Positions 23,915 to 24,659 of a stretch of 24,659 nucleotides of DNA are shown one piece after another (within the stretch, counting starts at the first letter, position 1; each line of letters opens with the position of its first letter). The position numbers were made by a program, and so were the translations under genes. The DNA is taken from the IMG/VR virus record IMGVR_UViG_3300011102_000247, positions 1-24,659 of that record, one strand, 5' to 3'. The notes under the pieces are model-generated. The model had not been told where the DNA came from. It was given only the letters and a program-made list of their open reading frames with translations, and ran no database searches. The stretch comes from a virus (Duplodnaviria > Caudoviricetes).

Positions 23915-24659
23915 TTACACCCCCGCCTTTTGCTTCTTGCCCTTGCCAGCTGGCTCCGGCGTCTCGCCAGCCTCATCCGCCAGCCGCGCGGCCTCGAACT
24001 CGTCCCAAAGCCGCTGCACTTCCTCAACGCTCGTGCGGAGCATCTTCGCGGCCTGTTTCGGGCTCAGATTCTGCTCCCAAAGCTCTTGCGGCGTCTCCTT
24101 GCACGGCGGGGCCTCGTCCTTCGGCCGTTCCAATGCCGACAGGTGCCGCTCGGCGGCTTGTTTGGCGGCGTTCCGCTCGGCAATTCGCGGATCAACCCAG
24201 TCCCGGCCGTCGATAGATCCGGCGGTATTGATGACGCTCCCGGGATGGTTCAGTTCGCGCTGGACCAGGTGTGGCATCGGCTGGCCGTTGCGGTCCGTGA
24301 AGCCCCACATTTTCGCAATCTGCGTGTGGGTGATGTTCGGCAACTTGGCCAGCTCGGCGATCGGCTCGAGCGGCGGCAGTTCGGGCACGTCCTCGGCCTT
24401 CAGGCAGTCTTCGATGGCCTGGCGGGTCCGCCAGAAGGCATCGTGAGGATAGTAGTTGTTCGGGTTCTCGCGCTGGTCGAAGACATCGACTTCATCGAGG
24501 AAGTCGATGACCGCGTCGGTGAGTTGGCGGCAGTCCGGGGGAATCTCGCCCTCGGAAAATGTATCGCGGAGCGCGTCTACCGCGTCCCAGTAGGTTTCGT
24601 CCGGGTTGGGCCGGTTTTCGCTGTCGGCCCACTCCTTATGAACGCGGTTGAAGTTTTCG
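23915..24659 (-). CDS. 5'-truncated protein with HTH-like segments (>=247 aa), possibly terminase-small-like or regulatory
   Basis: The frame stays open 90 codons upstream of the track's GTG 24388, to the window edge. THTQIAKMWG and LSPKQAAKMLRTSVEEVQRLW look HTH-like. Confidence 0.5.
   Translation of the reverse strand, partial: ENFNRVHKEWADSENRPNPDETYWDAVDALRDTFSEGEIPPDCRQLTDAVIDFLDEVDVFDQRENPNNYYPHDAFWRTRQAIEDCLKAEDVPELPPLEPIAELAKLPNITHTQIAKMWGFTDRNGQPMPHLVQRELNHPGSVINTAGSIDGRDWVDPRIAERNAAKQAAERHLSALERPKDEAPPCKETPQELWEQNLSPKQAAKMLRTSVEEVQRLWDEFEAARLADEAGETPEPAGKGKKQKAGV

Noticed and set aside
1-24659. CRISPR array, tRNA/rRNA, integrase/transposase, reverse transcriptase, host assignment
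   Set aside because: None seen by eye. The five leader repeats are dispersed, not arrayed. The window cannot distinguish prophage from free phage or identify the host.

Overview
This window is a single minus-strand virion morphogenesis operon of a high-GC tailed phage or prophage with a Mu-like head module; both ends are truncated, and no host or integration clue is visible. In transcription order (right to left) it holds: a truncated HTH-like gene, a small ORF, the terminase large subunit, a small ORF, a KTSC-like protein, a tandem DUF2292-like protein, a ~2,700-aa portal fused to cargo domains, a Mu-type prohead protease/scaffold, a decoration protein, the major capsid protein, a gp36-like adaptor, the tail tube, a tail chaperone with a -1 frameshift, a very short tape-measure candidate, and further tail/virion genes. 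Two things stand out. (1) Five gene leaders carry the same bulged-A RNA hairpin with fully compensatory base changes; four of them overlap or abut an intrinsic terminator. This is a candidate protein-controlled antitermination system. (2) The portal polyprotein's domain junctions are marked by an R-Y-x-[K/R] motif that is also repeated in the protease/scaffold. This is a candidate protease-processed capsid-cargo system carrying an InPase-like domain, an amino-methyltransferase, a ParB-like domain, and clamp- and SSB-tail-like peptides. All family calls come from motif recognition by eye, not from database searches. Residue numbers for the giant protein follow the 2716-aa ORF track.
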